Shown: positions 10,074 to 19,906 of the stretch, piece by piece
Layout: every line of letters starts with the position of its first letter
Numbering within the stretch: position 1 is the stretch's first letter
Assembly: GCA_964429135.1 (NCBI GenBank)
Contig: CAYSAU010000015.1
Location: 8,312 to 72,311, forward strand
Direction of reading: 5' to 3'
Length of the DNA: 64,000 nt
DNA from: an uncultured Prolixibacteraceae bacterium
Lineage (GTDB): Bacteria > Bacteroidota > Bacteroidia > Bacteroidales > FEN-979
The notes under the pieces: model-generated
Databases searched by the model: none
What the model was told of the DNA's origin: nothing
Seen by the model: the letters and a program-made list of their open reading frames with translations, nothing else
Position numbers and translations under genes: made by a program

Positions 10074-11037
10074 GACAGTTCCAGGGTAGGGAATCAAGAT
10101 CGACATTGCCTCCTGAAAGAATGATGCCAACCTTCTTGTTACGGCACTCAATTTTCTCTTCAAGAATTGCAGCAAAAACAGTAGCTGAAGAAGGTTCAAT
10201 AATGATTTTCATCCTTTCCCAAAGAAAACGCATCGCTTCTTTGATGCCATTTTCGGAAACGGTGACAATCTGATCAACATGTTTAGAAATAATAGGGAAA
10301 GTGAGATTTCCCAGTGAAGTCCTCAATCCATCGGCTATAGTATTAGGATGAACAGAAGGAATCAATGTTTTCTGATGAAATGAATGCCAGGCATCACAGG
10401 CCATTTCAGGTTCGACGGCAATAACTTTTGTACACGGAGAAAAATAAGCGGCGGAAAGGCTTGTTCCACTGATCAATCCTCCACCACCCACGGGTGCCAT
10501 GATGAGGTCCAGATCATGGATTTCTTCTATCAGCTCTTTTGCAGCGGTTGCCTGACCGGCGATAATATGGTAATGATTATAGGGATGAATTTCTGTGGCT
10601 CCGGTTTCCTGGATGACCCTTGAAAGGGTTTCTTCCCTTGACGCCAGATTTGGTTCACAGAAAGTGATGTTGCCGCCATATTCCTTTACGGCAGCAGTTT
10701 TGATTTTTGAGGAATTCGAAGGCATCACAATATAGGCTCTGGTCTTTGCCAGTAATGCTGCCCAGGACAAGGCCTGAGCATGGTTTCCTGAGGAATGTGT
10801 GGCCACTCCTTTCTGGATGATTCCTTGATCAAGTAAAAGTACTGCATTCGAAGCTCCTCTTGCTTTGAATGCCCCGACTTTCTGAAAATTCTCACATTTG
10901 AAAAAAAACCTGGCGTGAAAGAGGCGGTCGATCGTGGATGAAGTGATTACAGGGGTATGATTGATAAAGGGTTTGATGCGCTTTGCTGCATTGACAATGT
11001 CGGATTTTTCTGGATATGCAATGTTGTCGGAGATCAT
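10066..11037 (-). CDS. PLP-dependent threonine/serine dehydratase family enzyme (serine racemase-like)
   Basis: 323 aa with the PLP-lysine motif FKCENFQKVGAFKARGA, HSSGNHAQAL, and the glycine loop PVGGGGLISG. Its start overlaps the stop of the upstream phosphatase gene (ATGA). Confidence 0.8.
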   Translation of the reverse strand: MISDNIAYPEKSDIVNAAKRIKPFINHTPVITSSTIDRLFHARFFFKCENFQKVGAFKARGASNAVLLLDQGIIQKGVATHSSGNHAQALSWAALLAKTRAYIVMPSNSSKIKTAAVKEYGGNITFCEPNLASREETLSRVIQETGATEIHPYNHYHIIAGQATAAKELIEEIHDLDLIMAPVGGGGLISGTSLSAAYFSPCTKVIAVEPEMACDAWHSFHQKTLIPSVHPNTIADGLRTSLGNLTFPIISKHVDQIVTVSENGIKEAMRFLWERMKIIIEPSSATVFAAILEEKIECRNKKVGIILSGGNVDLDSLPWNCHA

Positions 11038-11507
11038 AAAACGTTTCTTGCAAAGTTGAGTTTGATAATACCTTCACAAGCAGTATCCAGCATATGAAAA
11101 ACATGTTCAAAAGCATTGAGGTCGTCATACCAGGGATCAGGAACAGGGAGGTTGGATTCAGGGTAAACGGAATTCATAACATAATCCACCTTCATGAGGT
11201 CACGTTTTTCGCTTACCATATTCATAATTTTATGGTAATGAGTGTCGTCCATGACAAAGATGTGAGTAAAACGCTCCACATCCAATTTGGTAAAAAGCCT
11301 GGCCCTGTGCCGGCTGATATCAATCCCGTATGTTTTTGAAATGGTAATGGCACGACTGTCGGGAGGATCTCCAGCATGAAAAGATTCAAAACCGCATGAA
11401 TCAACTTCTGCGGCAATATTCAAGCGCGAGAGTTTTTCTTTTAAAATACCTTCAGCCATTGGCGACCGGCATATGTTTCCGGTGCATACAAAAAGAATCT
11501 TTTTCAA
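11034..11507 (-). CDS. Low-molecular-weight protein-tyrosine phosphatase
   Basis: P-loop CTGNICRSP (CX5R-S/T) at the N-terminus and a DP motif (PVPDPWYD). The track ORF (to 11627) would overlap the dnaA 3' end by about 100 nt. A TTG at 11507 gives M-KKILFVCTGNICRSP with family-typical length (157 aa), 16 nt after the dnaA stop. The start choice is an inference. Confidence 0.75.
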   Translation of the reverse strand: MKKILFVCTGNICRSPMAEGILKEKLSRLNIAAEVDSCGFESFHAGDPPDSRAITISKTYGIDISRHRARLFTKLDVERFTHIFVMDDTHYHKIMNMVSEKRDLMKVDYVMNSVYPESNLPVPDPWYDDLNAFEHVFHMLDTACEGIIKLNFARNVL

Positions 11508-11523
11508 AGCCTGACAGGACTTG

Positions 11524-12960
11524 TTATAATTTAATACGTTTATCCAGTTCTTCAACAAACTGCCGGAATTGTTTGTCGGTTTCCACAAGGTTATTAACCG
11601 TTCTGCAGGCATGGAGTACAGTGGCATGATCTTTATTGCCGCAATGCAACCCTATACTGGCTAAAGAAGCCTTAGTGTGTTTTTTTGAGAAGTACATGGA
11701 AAGCTGGCGTGCCTGAACAATTTCCCTTTTCCGGGTTTTCGAATGGATCATTTCCACAGGGATATTGAAATAATCACAGACTACTTTCTGGATATAATCG
11801 ATAGATATTTCGCGGGAGGTATTTTTAACAAATTTATCGATCATCTGCTTGGCCAGCTCCAGTGTGATGGTCTTTTTGTTAAGCGATGACTGGGCCAGGA
11901 GGGAAATAAGAGCCCCTTCCAGCTCGCGGATATTGGTATTGATGCTATAGGCGAGATATTCAACCACTTCGGGAGGGATTTGTATCCCGTCATTGTATAG
12001 TTTTTTATGCAGGATCGCAATTCTGGTTTCCAAATCGGGGACCTGAAGATCAGCAGATAAACCCCATTTAAACCGTGATAACAACCTGGGTTCAATGCCT
12101 TTCATCTCAACCGGGGGTTTGTCGGCAGTCAGTACGATCTGGTTGCTTTTCTGATGGAGATGATTGAAGATATGAAAGAAAACATCCTGGGTTTTTTCTT
12201 TGCCGGCCAGATTATGAATATCATCAATGATGAGTACGTCAATCATCTGGTAAAAATGGATGAAATCGTTTTGGTTATTATTCCTTACAGAGTCAATGAA
12301 CTGGTTGATGAATTGATCGGTCGTGACATAGAGAACCGTTTTATCGGGAAAATTATTTTTAACATGAAGTCCGATAGAATGGGAAAGATGAGTTTTCCCT
12401 AATCCGGTATGACTATAAATCAATAAAGGGTTGAACGCAGTCTTTCCGGGATTGTTTGCTACCGCGAATCCTGCAGAACGTGCCAGGCGGTTACAATCGC
12501 CTTCCACGAAATTATCAAAAGAGTAACTCTCAATTAACTGGGAATTTACTTTGATTTTCTTTAATCCGGGGATGATAAAAGGATTGGGTATTTCTTTGGA
12601 AGCTCCTCTGTTTAAATCAATAGGCATAGAAACAGGGGGATTTGAAGTTGCTTTTTTTTCACCAGTGGGAATGTTGATGGTATAAGGCCCAGGCTCCTGA
12701 TCGGAATTATCAACAATAATAGAATACTCTAAGCGGCCGTCTGAACCCAATTCCTTTTTAATGGTCTTTTTCAACAACGTGACATAATGTTCCTCAAGCC
12801 ATTCATAGAAAAACTGACTGGGAACCTGTATCGTCAACACCTTTTCTTTAAGTCTGACCGGCCGGATCGGAAGAAACCAGGTTTTGAAGCTTTGATAGTT
12901 GATGTTGTCCTTAATAACTTTGAGGCAGTTTTCCCAAACTTCTATTGCTTTTTTTTCCAT
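11524..12960 (-). CDS. dnaA: Chromosomal replication initiator protein DnaA
   Basis: 478 aa with AAA+ Walker A GLGKTHL, Walker B IIDDIH, sensor region, and the C-terminal DNA-binding domain (RQLSMYFSKKHT..SLASIG..CGNKDHATVLHACR). Confidence 0.95.
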   Translation of the reverse strand: MEKKAIEVWENCLKVIKDNINYQSFKTWFLPIRPVRLKEKVLTIQVPSQFFYEWLEEHYVTLLKKTIKKELGSDGRLEYSIIVDNSDQEPGPYTINIPTGEKKATSNPPVSMPIDLNRGASKEIPNPFIIPGLKKIKVNSQLIESYSFDNFVEGDCNRLARSAGFAVANNPGKTAFNPLLIYSHTGLGKTHLSHSIGLHVKNNFPDKTVLYVTTDQFINQFIDSVRNNNQNDFIHFYQMIDVLIIDDIHNLAGKEKTQDVFFHIFNHLHQKSNQIVLTADKPPVEMKGIEPRLLSRFKWGLSADLQVPDLETRIAILHKKLYNDGIQIPPEVVEYLAYSINTNIRELEGALISLLAQSSLNKKTITLELAKQMIDKFVKNTSREISIDYIQKVVCDYFNIPVEMIHSKTRKREIVQARQLSMYFSKKHTKASLASIGLHCGNKDHATVLHACRTVNNLVETDKQFRQFVEELDKRIKL

Positions 12961-13315
12961 TAACAGAACGACCTTGAAAGATTAAACAGAGCCAATATTA
13001 AAAAATGATTATCAAGGTTTTGATTTATGTCCGCAAGCCATAAACCAGGGCCAGAAAGAATGCTTGATTTAATTAACAAATTTTAGAAAAAAAAGTTTAT
13101 AAAAAAAATTATTTATCCTTGATTTATAAGAAAAAAACACTATAAAAATTCAATTTTCTTCATTTATTTAACTCCTGGATTTGCTTATTGACCATTATTT
13201 CAGAGCATTGCTATGTAATCATATCATTTTTTAGTTACTATTTATAATTCCTCTAAATTTCATGTTCATTATGATCCAGATAGTTAGCAATTCTAAACTT
13301 GTTTTGTATTCAAAA

Positions 13316-13927
13316 TCATGGCATTGTATTGATTATTAGTCCGTTTAAAATGTTCAACCTCGATTTTACCTCTTCTGTTCTGCTTTTGAAGACTGAGAAA
13401 TGGATGTTACATCGGTCTTCAGCAGGCAATATTTTGATTTTTGCATCTTCATCTTTTAAAATATGCATCACTTCGTTCATTAATGGGTAGGGGAACTGAA
13501 TGAAGAGGTCCTCCCATAAGTGCCTGGTTACGATTTGGGCCTGCGCAAGGGCATCTTTCGCAGAAGTACGGTAAGCATTGATAAGACCAGGGATTCCCAG
13601 CTTTTTACCTCCAAAATAGCGGATTACAACAATCAACAGGTCTGTAAGATTGTTCGATAGGATTTGACTATAAATAGGTTTTCCAGCAGAGCCTGGGGGC
13701 TCCCCGTCATCATTGACACGGTATACCGGATGCTCATGACCTATGCGGTAGGCATAACAGAAATGATTGGCATCGTGATATTTTTTTCGAAGATACTCCA
13801 GCCTGTTCCTGATTTCTGACTCATGACTTACCGGATAAGCAATGGCAATGAATTTACTGGCTCTTTCACGATAACTTCCACTGGATTCGCCGGCAATGGT
13901 TAGATAGGAGTCAGAAACATTTATCAT
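13316..13927 (-). CDS. yigZ: YigZ / IMPACT family protein
   Basis: 203 aa. SKFIAIAYPV...HFCYAYRIG...DDGEPPGSAG.PI matches the UPF0029 (IMPACT N-terminal) core. Confidence 0.75.
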   Translation of the reverse strand: MINVSDSYLTIAGESSGSYRERASKFIAIAYPVSHESEIRNRLEYLRKKYHDANHFCYAYRIGHEHPVYRVNDDGEPPGSAGKPIYSQILSNNLTDLLIVVIRYFGGKKLGIPGLINAYRTSAKDALAQAQIVTRHLWEDLFIQFPYPLMNEVMHILKDEDAKIKILPAEDRCNIHFSVFKSRTEEVKSRLNILNGLIINTMP

Positions 13928-13977
13928 GTCAGCTAAATTACTTTTATTTTTAATTTAGAGGCATTCATTTCCTCCTT

Positions 13978-14880
13978 GTGACTGTAAAAAATATTATCGA
14001 AACATTTAGATTTCAACTTACTTCCATTTATGAGGAAAGGGAGGTCAGGCAGTTTGTTTATTTACTCTTCGAAACCTATCTTTCCTGGACAAAAATCCAA
14101 TTAAATACAGCTTTGGATACAGTATTGCCAGATGAACAATCTGCCTTTTTCCTCCATGCTCTGGAAGAACTAAAAACCCACAAACCCATACAATATATCA
14201 TCTCGAAAACCTGGTTCAATGGGCATGAATACTTCCTTTCCCCGGATGTGCTCATTCCACGCCAGGAAACGGAAGAGCTTTGTCTGTTGGTTTTTCACGA
14301 TCAGATGAACAGCAAATATCAGGATCTTTCCATACTCGACATCGGTACTGGATCAGGGATCATTGCCATTGACCTGAAGCTGAGGCTCCCTTATGCGCTG
14401 GTTACTGCCATAGATATTTCCGATAAATCACTTTCTGTGGCCAAACTTAATGCGGTTAAACATAACTGCAAGATTGACTTTCAACAATTTGACATCCTTG
14501 GTTACGACAGCATGGATGAAAGCAAAAAATTTGATGTAATCGTAAGTAATCCTCCGTATGTACTTGAATCAGAACGCGGTGTAATGCAGCACAATGTCAT
14601 CGACTTTGAACCACCAGTGGCGCTGTTTGTCCCCGATCAGGATCCACTGATATTTTATAAGGCCATCTCTGATTTTGCCTTGAGACATCTGATAAGACCT
14701 GGGAACTTGTATCTTGAGATCAATGAAAGGTTTGGAAATCCTATACGGACAATGCTTATGGGAAAAGGATTCGAGAAAGTGGAAGTCCTTAAAGATATCC
14801 ATGGAAAAGACCGTTTGGTAAAAGCAGAAGTAAAACCCAGGTTCGATGATACTTCATACTGGTATGCCGATCTCAAATGA
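13978..14880 (+). CDS. prmC: Peptide chain release factor N5-glutamine methyltransferase
   Basis: SAM motif LDIGTGSGIIAI and catalytic IVSNPPY. The PIQYI...F...L.V...VLIPRQETEEL block is typical of PrmC/HemK. GTG start, with no nearby ATG alternative. Confidence 0.85.
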   Translation: MTVKNIIETFRFQLTSIYEEREVRQFVYLLFETYLSWTKIQLNTALDTVLPDEQSAFFLHALEELKTHKPIQYIISKTWFNGHEYFLSPDVLIPRQETEELCLLVFHDQMNSKYQDLSILDIGTGSGIIAIDLKLRLPYALVTAIDISDKSLSVAKLNAVKHNCKIDFQQFDILGYDSMDESKKFDVIVSNPPYVLESERGVMQHNVIDFEPPVALFVPDQDPLIFYKAISDFALRHLIRPGNLYLEINERFGNPIRTMLMGKGFEKVEVLKDIHGKDRLVKAEVKPRFDDTSYWYADLK

Positions 14881-15984
14881 TTACCTAACAATTCCTTTTA
14901 ATTCAGAATAGCTCAGGAAAATGTCAGTCAACCCAAATGAATACGGGGCCAATTCGTAATGGTTATAAAAAAAACCCATTCCGTTTTTGGTGACATAAAA
15001 ATTCTCATTGGGTTTGACTTCATCGGAAAAATATCCGGATTCGGTGAGTTTCTGGTCTGAGGATAATCCAATGATCTCTTTGAGTTTTTTGGTGAGCAGT
15101 GATATAAGCTCAATTTCTGTTCCAGGCATGATGACATCCTTAAGTTGAATTTTTTCACCATTTCTTAAATCTATGGAATAGTAATCATGTGTTTCAAGTC
15201 CATGGGCCCCACCGGTAAATGCATATGTCAGAATATAATAGGTCAGCAGATATTGATCATTATTGGTAATATGAATAAACTTTGAAAGTTCCCAGTTAAA
15301 ATTCCCCCCATCAGGATGCTCCTTGAATATTTGTTCGTTGCTTTCAATATAATTGTTGAAAAACACTTCTTTCATTTCTTTAATCATTTCCTCCGAAGTA
15401 GACTTGGTGCTATGGCCAAAATAGGATTGCAGCATCATGCCTCTCAAGGTGTCGGATAAGACGGTATTGCTCGACTCACCGGGTAGTAAAATCAGAAGAT
15501 CAATGCTTGCCTGAGGAGATTTGGGTTTCTTGACAAGATGTCTAACTGATTTTTCATGGTAAAGGTTAAATTGGACTGAACCTTCAGCATATTTCTCATA
15601 GAATTTAAACGGGATTTTTTCCTTTTTCACGGTTTCCCAACTTCCGCTGATGGTATTGCTGTTAAGAAATTTTCCGGAAAAGACATTGCCTTCTTCTGAA
15701 GAAACCTCTTTCATACGAAAATGATCAGCATTGATCATTTTGCCCGAAAGTTGTTTACTCTGCCCATAAAAAATGTGATGTTCTGCTTGATTATCGGAGA
15801 AAAATGAATAAGTTAAATCACCATATAAACTGTCGTTTATCTTGATCAAATCCAGCGTGGCCTGAATCTTTTCCCCCAGGGTGCCGCTAAAATGAAAATA
15901 ACCTTGCCGGGGAAGGGTGTTCTGTGCAATTGTTGTGGCAGGAAAGGTCAATGCGAAAAGGCAGAGAAGGATAATTTTTTTCAT
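14881..15984 (-). CDS. Secreted DUF3298/DUF4163-like protein
   Basis: N-terminal signal peptide (MKKIILLCLFALTFPATTIAQ). The C-terminal block YILTYAFTGGAHGLETHDYYSIDLRNGEKIQLKD resembles the DUF3298 (RsiV/PdaC-like) signature with conserved GGAHG. Confidence 0.6.
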   Translation of the reverse strand: MKKIILLCLFALTFPATTIAQNTLPRQGYFHFSGTLGEKIQATLDLIKINDSLYGDLTYSFFSDNQAEHHIFYGQSKQLSGKMINADHFRMKEVSSEEGNVFSGKFLNSNTISGSWETVKKEKIPFKFYEKYAEGSVQFNLYHEKSVRHLVKKPKSPQASIDLLILLPGESSNTVLSDTLRGMMLQSYFGHSTKSTSEEMIKEMKEVFFNNYIESNEQIFKEHPDGGNFNWELSKFIHITNNDQYLLTYYILTYAFTGGAHGLETHDYYSIDLRNGEKIQLKDVIMPGTEIELISLLTKKLKEIIGLSSDQKLTESGYFSDEVKPNENFYVTKNGMGFFYNHYELAPYSFGLTDIFLSYSELKGIVR

Positions 15985-15995
15985 ACTTCAGGATA

Positions 15996-16667
15996 TTAAA
16001 GCCAGGTTTTTTCTCCGAATAATTTAGTGCCAATCCGGATCATGGTACTACCTTCCTCAATGGCAAAAAGATAATCATCAGACATTCCCATTGAAATTTC
16101 ACAAAAATCGTCATTATCCTTGAAATAGTTCGCCTTGAGCATTGAAAAATAATGTCTGAGTAACTGAAATTCCTTTCTGATCCGAGCAGCATGGTCAGTG
16201 AATGATGCCATGCCCATAACACCTGAAATGCAGATGCTGTGCAGGGAATGAAATAGGGGAGATTCCAGTAAGGCTTTTGCCTCCTCCATATTCATCCCGA
16301 ATTTTGTCTCTTCACAGGCGATATGAAACTGAAGTAAACAAGGAATGATGCGACCCGATTTGATCCCTTCTTTATTGATTTCATGTAATAGCTTCACGCT
16401 GTCAACACTCTGGATCATAGAAATAAAAGAAGAGACATACTTCACTTTATTGGTTTGCAAATGACCGAGTAAATGCCATTCGATATCTTTCGGCAGTTCG
16501 TGATATTTCTTCACAAGTTCCTGAACCTTGTTTTCCCCGAATTGCTTTTGTCCGGCCTGGTAAGCAGCAAGAATTTCCTTGCTGCTTCTGTTCTTGGAAA
16601 CAGCAATAAGCTTTATATGATCCCCGATTTCCGCTTTGATGCGTTGAATATTTTCTGAAACTTCCAT
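15996..16667 (-). CDS. yggS: YggS family pyridoxal-phosphate homeostasis protein
   Basis: 223 aa with LIAVSK (PLP lysine), FGENKVQEL, WHLLGHLQTNKVKY, SMGMSDD. Confidence 0.85.
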   Translation of the reverse strand: MEVSENIQRIKAEIGDHIKLIAVSKNRSSKEILAAYQAGQKQFGENKVQELVKKYHELPKDIEWHLLGHLQTNKVKYVSSFISMIQSVDSVKLLHEINKEGIKSGRIIPCLLQFHIACEETKFGMNMEEAKALLESPLFHSLHSICISGVMGMASFTDHAARIRKEFQLLRHYFSMLKANYFKDNDDFCEISMGMSDDYLFAIEEGSTMIRIGTKLFGEKTWL

Positions 16668-16690
16668 TTATGTTATCCGATGGAAACGGA

Positions 16691-16698
16691 CAAATATA
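16691..16698 (-). promoter_or_regulatory. -7 promoter box TATATTTG for yggS
   Basis: Plus-strand CAAATATA, which is the minus-strand consensus match, 23 nt upstream of the yggS ATG (16667). Confidence 0.5.
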
Positions 16699-16725
16699 CA
16701 AATTGTAAGGTTATTCTTTAAACCT

Positions 16726-16733
16726 TACCTTTG
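16726..16733 (+). promoter_or_regulatory. -7 promoter box TACCTTTG (Bacteroidota TAnnTTTG consensus)
   Basis: Exact consensus match, 6 nt before ATG 16740 of the LTA-synthase-like gene. Confidence 0.5.
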
Positions 16734-16739
16734 CAGTTT

Positions 16740-18605
16740 ATGGTTGTTATGAAAAGAATTCTGCTTGCTTTTACCAGGCAAATTGTATTCTGGATTTTGT
16801 TTTTCAACTTAACCCGCCTGGTATTCCTGATTTACTATCTTAAAATCATATGGGTCGAAAAAATCGGTCTGGATGAATTGGCAGGCGTTTTTTTGTACTC
16901 TTTTAAGCTTGATCTGGCAACTACCTGTTATATTCTGTTACTGCCATTTCTTTTATTTGTTATACAAACCTTTCACCAACGGAATTGGTTGGTGGTAGTG
17001 AATAAAATTTATGCCAGCCTGGTCATTGTCATCTATAGCCTGACCGCAACAGCTGAGATGGGGATTTACGCCGAATGGAAAACAAAACTTACGTATAAGG
17101 TCATCAATTACCTTAGGCATCCATCAGAAATATACAATTCTGCGGAAACCGGGACTTTCTTTATTTTGGTTTTTATCTTTTTAATTCTTTCATTTTCAGG
17201 AATTTATGTTTATTTCCGATGGGTTTCTATGAAAATTTCTCCGGGAAAAATTACCTGGTATGCCAAAATTCCCTTTATTATTCTGACTCCCATTATTTTA
17301 TTTTTAGGTATGAGAGGCGGATTTCAGCAAATTCCTATCAATCAAAGTCAATCATACTTTTCGGGTTATAATATCCTGAATATTTCATCTGTCAATAATC
17401 TTTTCAATTTGTACATCAGCATCTTTGAAAATCTGAAAAACTTCAATGATAATCCATATGTGTTTATGGAGGCTGCAAAAGCCAAATTGATTATCGAAAA
17501 GATTTATCAAGTACCGAAAGATACCAGTATTTCAATTCTCACTACAACAAGGCCGAATATGGTTCTATTGATCCTGGAAAGCTGGTCAGCGGATCTGATC
17601 GAATCCCTGGGGGGAAAGCCAGGAATTACACCGGAATTCAAAAAGCTGGAGAAAAACGGGATTTTATTTGACCAGATTTATGCTTCTGGCTCCCGTTCAG
17701 AACAGGGGATGGCATCCATTTTCAGTGGCTTCCCATCCCATCCCGTTAGTTCAATCACGGTTCAGCCTGATAAATTTGTTAAACTGCCCAGTCTTGTTAG
17801 TGTCTTGAAAGCACAGGGTTATTCAACTTCCTTTTATTTTGGAGGACAACTGATCTACGGGAACATAAAAAGTTACATGATCTTCAATGGTTTTGACCGA
17901 ATCATGGAAGGAAAGGATTTTCCTAAAACCATCCCCAGGGGTAAACTTGGAATCCATGATGAATTCACCCTTAGCTTTATGTTGAAAGACCTGGATAAAA
18001 TGAAGCAGCCATTTTTTTCTTCATTGTTTACACTCAGTACACATTCTCCCTGGGACCAGCCTTTTCCTAAACCGTTGACATGGGGAGATAATGAAAGGGA
18101 ATACATTAATGCAGCATATTACACAGATCACACCCTCGGTGAGTTTTTTAGACATGCAAAATCCAGGTCATGGTTCAACAATACCCTTTTTATTATTGTA
18201 GCCGACCATAGTCATAATTCTTATTATAACTGGCATCCGAACACCCGGGAATATCATAGAATCCCGCTTTTATTTTATGGGAATGTGATCAAGGATGAAT
18301 TTCAGGGGATAAAATGGCATAAACTTGGAAATCAGCATGACATGGCAGCCACTTTACTTGGACAACTGAACCTTTCCGGGAAATCATTTCATTTCAGTAA
18401 AAACCTTTTCAATCCCTATGTTTCTGACTTCGCCTATTATACTACAGAAGACGGATTGGGCTGGATACGACAGGACGCTTATTTTACTTATGATAAAGGT
18501 CCGGATTTTTATTACTGGTGGACAAATCCCGATACGCCTGACAGCATCAAAACAGAAGGGAAAGCCTATCTTCAGGTTGTATTCAGTGAATACATGAATG
18601 ATTAA
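16740..18605 (+). CDS. LTA-synthase family sulfatase-like membrane protein (phosphoglycerol/phosphoethanolamine-transferase-like)
   Basis: About five N-terminal TM helices followed by an alkaline-phosphatase-superfamily domain (LLILESWSAD, GSRSEQGM, TLSTHSPW, VADHSH). The track start, TTG 16731, lies inside the TACCTTTG promoter box. The first ATGs are at 16740 and 16749, and the choice between them is uncertain. Confidence 0.65.
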   Translation: MVVMKRILLAFTRQIVFWILFFNLTRLVFLIYYLKIIWVEKIGLDELAGVFLYSFKLDLATTCYILLLPFLLFVIQTFHQRNWLVVVNKIYASLVIVIYSLTATAEMGIYAEWKTKLTYKVINYLRHPSEIYNSAETGTFFILVFIFLILSFSGIYVYFRWVSMKISPGKITWYAKIPFIILTPIILFLGMRGGFQQIPINQSQSYFSGYNILNISSVNNLFNLYISIFENLKNFNDNPYVFMEAAKAKLIIEKIYQVPKDTSISILTTTRPNMVLLILESWSADLIESLGGKPGITPEFKKLEKNGILFDQIYASGSRSEQGMASIFSGFPSHPVSSITVQPDKFVKLPSLVSVLKAQGYSTSFYFGGQLIYGNIKSYMIFNGFDRIMEGKDFPKTIPRGKLGIHDEFTLSFMLKDLDKMKQPFFSSLFTLSTHSPWDQPFPKPLTWGDNEREYINAAYYTDHTLGEFFRHAKSRSWFNNTLFIIVADHSHNSYYNWHPNTREYHRIPLLFYGNVIKDEFQGIKWHKLGNQHDMAATLLGQLNLSGKSFHFSKNLFNPYVSDFAYYTTEDGLGWIRQDAYFTYDKGPDFYYWWTNPDTPDSIKTEGKAYLQVVFSEYMND

Positions 18606-18622
18606 TGGCGGATTGCCTTAGA

Positions 18623-19870
18623 CTAATCGAGCTTGTGTATCACCAGACCTGATCTCAGTTTTGGCTCAAACCAGGTGGTTTTTGGTGGCATGATATTCCC
18701 AGAATCTGCAATATCGATGAGTTGTTTCATGGACACCGGATAAAGTGCGAAAGCAGCCTTCATCTCTCCGCTGTCAACCCTTTTAACCAGCTCTCCCAGG
18801 CCACGGATTCCCCCAACAAAATCAATCCTGTCTGAAGTCCTGAGATCTTTGATGTTCAAAATCTGATCCAGGACTAGACGGGAAAGAATCGTCACATCGA
18901 GTACTCCGATCGGATCCAAATCATTGTAAGTGCCAGGTTTTGCCATAAGGGAATACCATTTCTCCTCGAGATACAAGCCGAAATTATGGAGTTGATCAGG
19001 TTTATATATGGTTTTACCCTTGCATTCAATCTCAAAGACAGTTTCCAGCTTTAGGATAAAATCTTCAGGGGTCAATCCATTCAGATCCCTGACCACCCGG
19101 TTGTAGTCAATGATGGATAGCTGGTTATCTGGAAAATGAACGGCAAGAAAATAATTGTATTCCTCTTTACCTGTATGTCCCGGATTATTCATCTTTTTCT
19201 CGTTCCCGACCAGGGCTGCAGCGGCTGTGCGATGATGACCATCAGCGACATAGGTAAAAGGGATACGGCTGAATAGCTCAATGAGCTTATGTATGATAAA
19301 TTCATCGCGGATTACCCAGAACTGATGCCCCACTCCGTCTTGGGCAATAAAATCGTATGCCGCTGAATTTTTACTAACAAAGTCAGAAACAATGCGATCT
19401 ATTTCAGGAATAGCAGGATAAGTGAAAAAAACAGGCTCCATGTTGGCATTGGTGATGCGAACATGCTTCATCCGGTCTTCTTCTTTGTCTTTTCGGGTCA
19501 GTTCGTGTTTTTTTATGATCCCTTTCATATAGTCATCAACAGCTGCACAGCCAACGATGCCATATTGGGTTTTCCCGTTCATGGTCTGAGCATAGATGTA
19601 GAGCATATCACATTCATCCTGTATAAGCCATCCGTTATTTTGAAACATTTCAAAATTTTCCCTGGCTTTATCATAAACAGCTTGAGCGTGGATATCAATA
19701 TCTGCAGGAAGATCAATTTCAGGTTTAATGATATGGAGGAGAGAATAGGGATTCCCTTTTGATTCTGCTCTTGCTTCTTCCGAGTTCAGAACGTCATAAG
19801 GCCTTGAGGCGAGCTCTTTGGAGATTTCCTTAGGTGGTCTCAGGCCTTTGAAAGCTTTCAAAATAGCCAT
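18623..19870 (-). CDS. DUF1015 domain-containing protein
   Basis: 415 aa. The N-terminus MAILKAFKGLRP...ASRPYDVL and the internal VADGHHR motif are characteristic of DUF1015. Confidence 0.7.
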   Translation of the reverse strand: MAILKAFKGLRPPKEISKELASRPYDVLNSEEARAESKGNPYSLLHIIKPEIDLPADIDIHAQAVYDKARENFEMFQNNGWLIQDECDMLYIYAQTMNGKTQYGIVGCAAVDDYMKGIIKKHELTRKDKEEDRMKHVRITNANMEPVFFTYPAIPEIDRIVSDFVSKNSAAYDFIAQDGVGHQFWVIRDEFIIHKLIELFSRIPFTYVADGHHRTAAAALVGNEKKMNNPGHTGKEEYNYFLAVHFPDNQLSIIDYNRVVRDLNGLTPEDFILKLETVFEIECKGKTIYKPDQLHNFGLYLEEKWYSLMAKPGTYNDLDPIGVLDVTILSRLVLDQILNIKDLRTSDRIDFVGGIRGLGELVKRVDSGEMKAAFALYPVSMKQLIDIADSGNIMPPKTTWFEPKLRSGLVIHKLD

Positions 19871-19906
19871 TTTTAATTTAATTTAAAAGTTAAGGTTACA
19901 GGGAGA

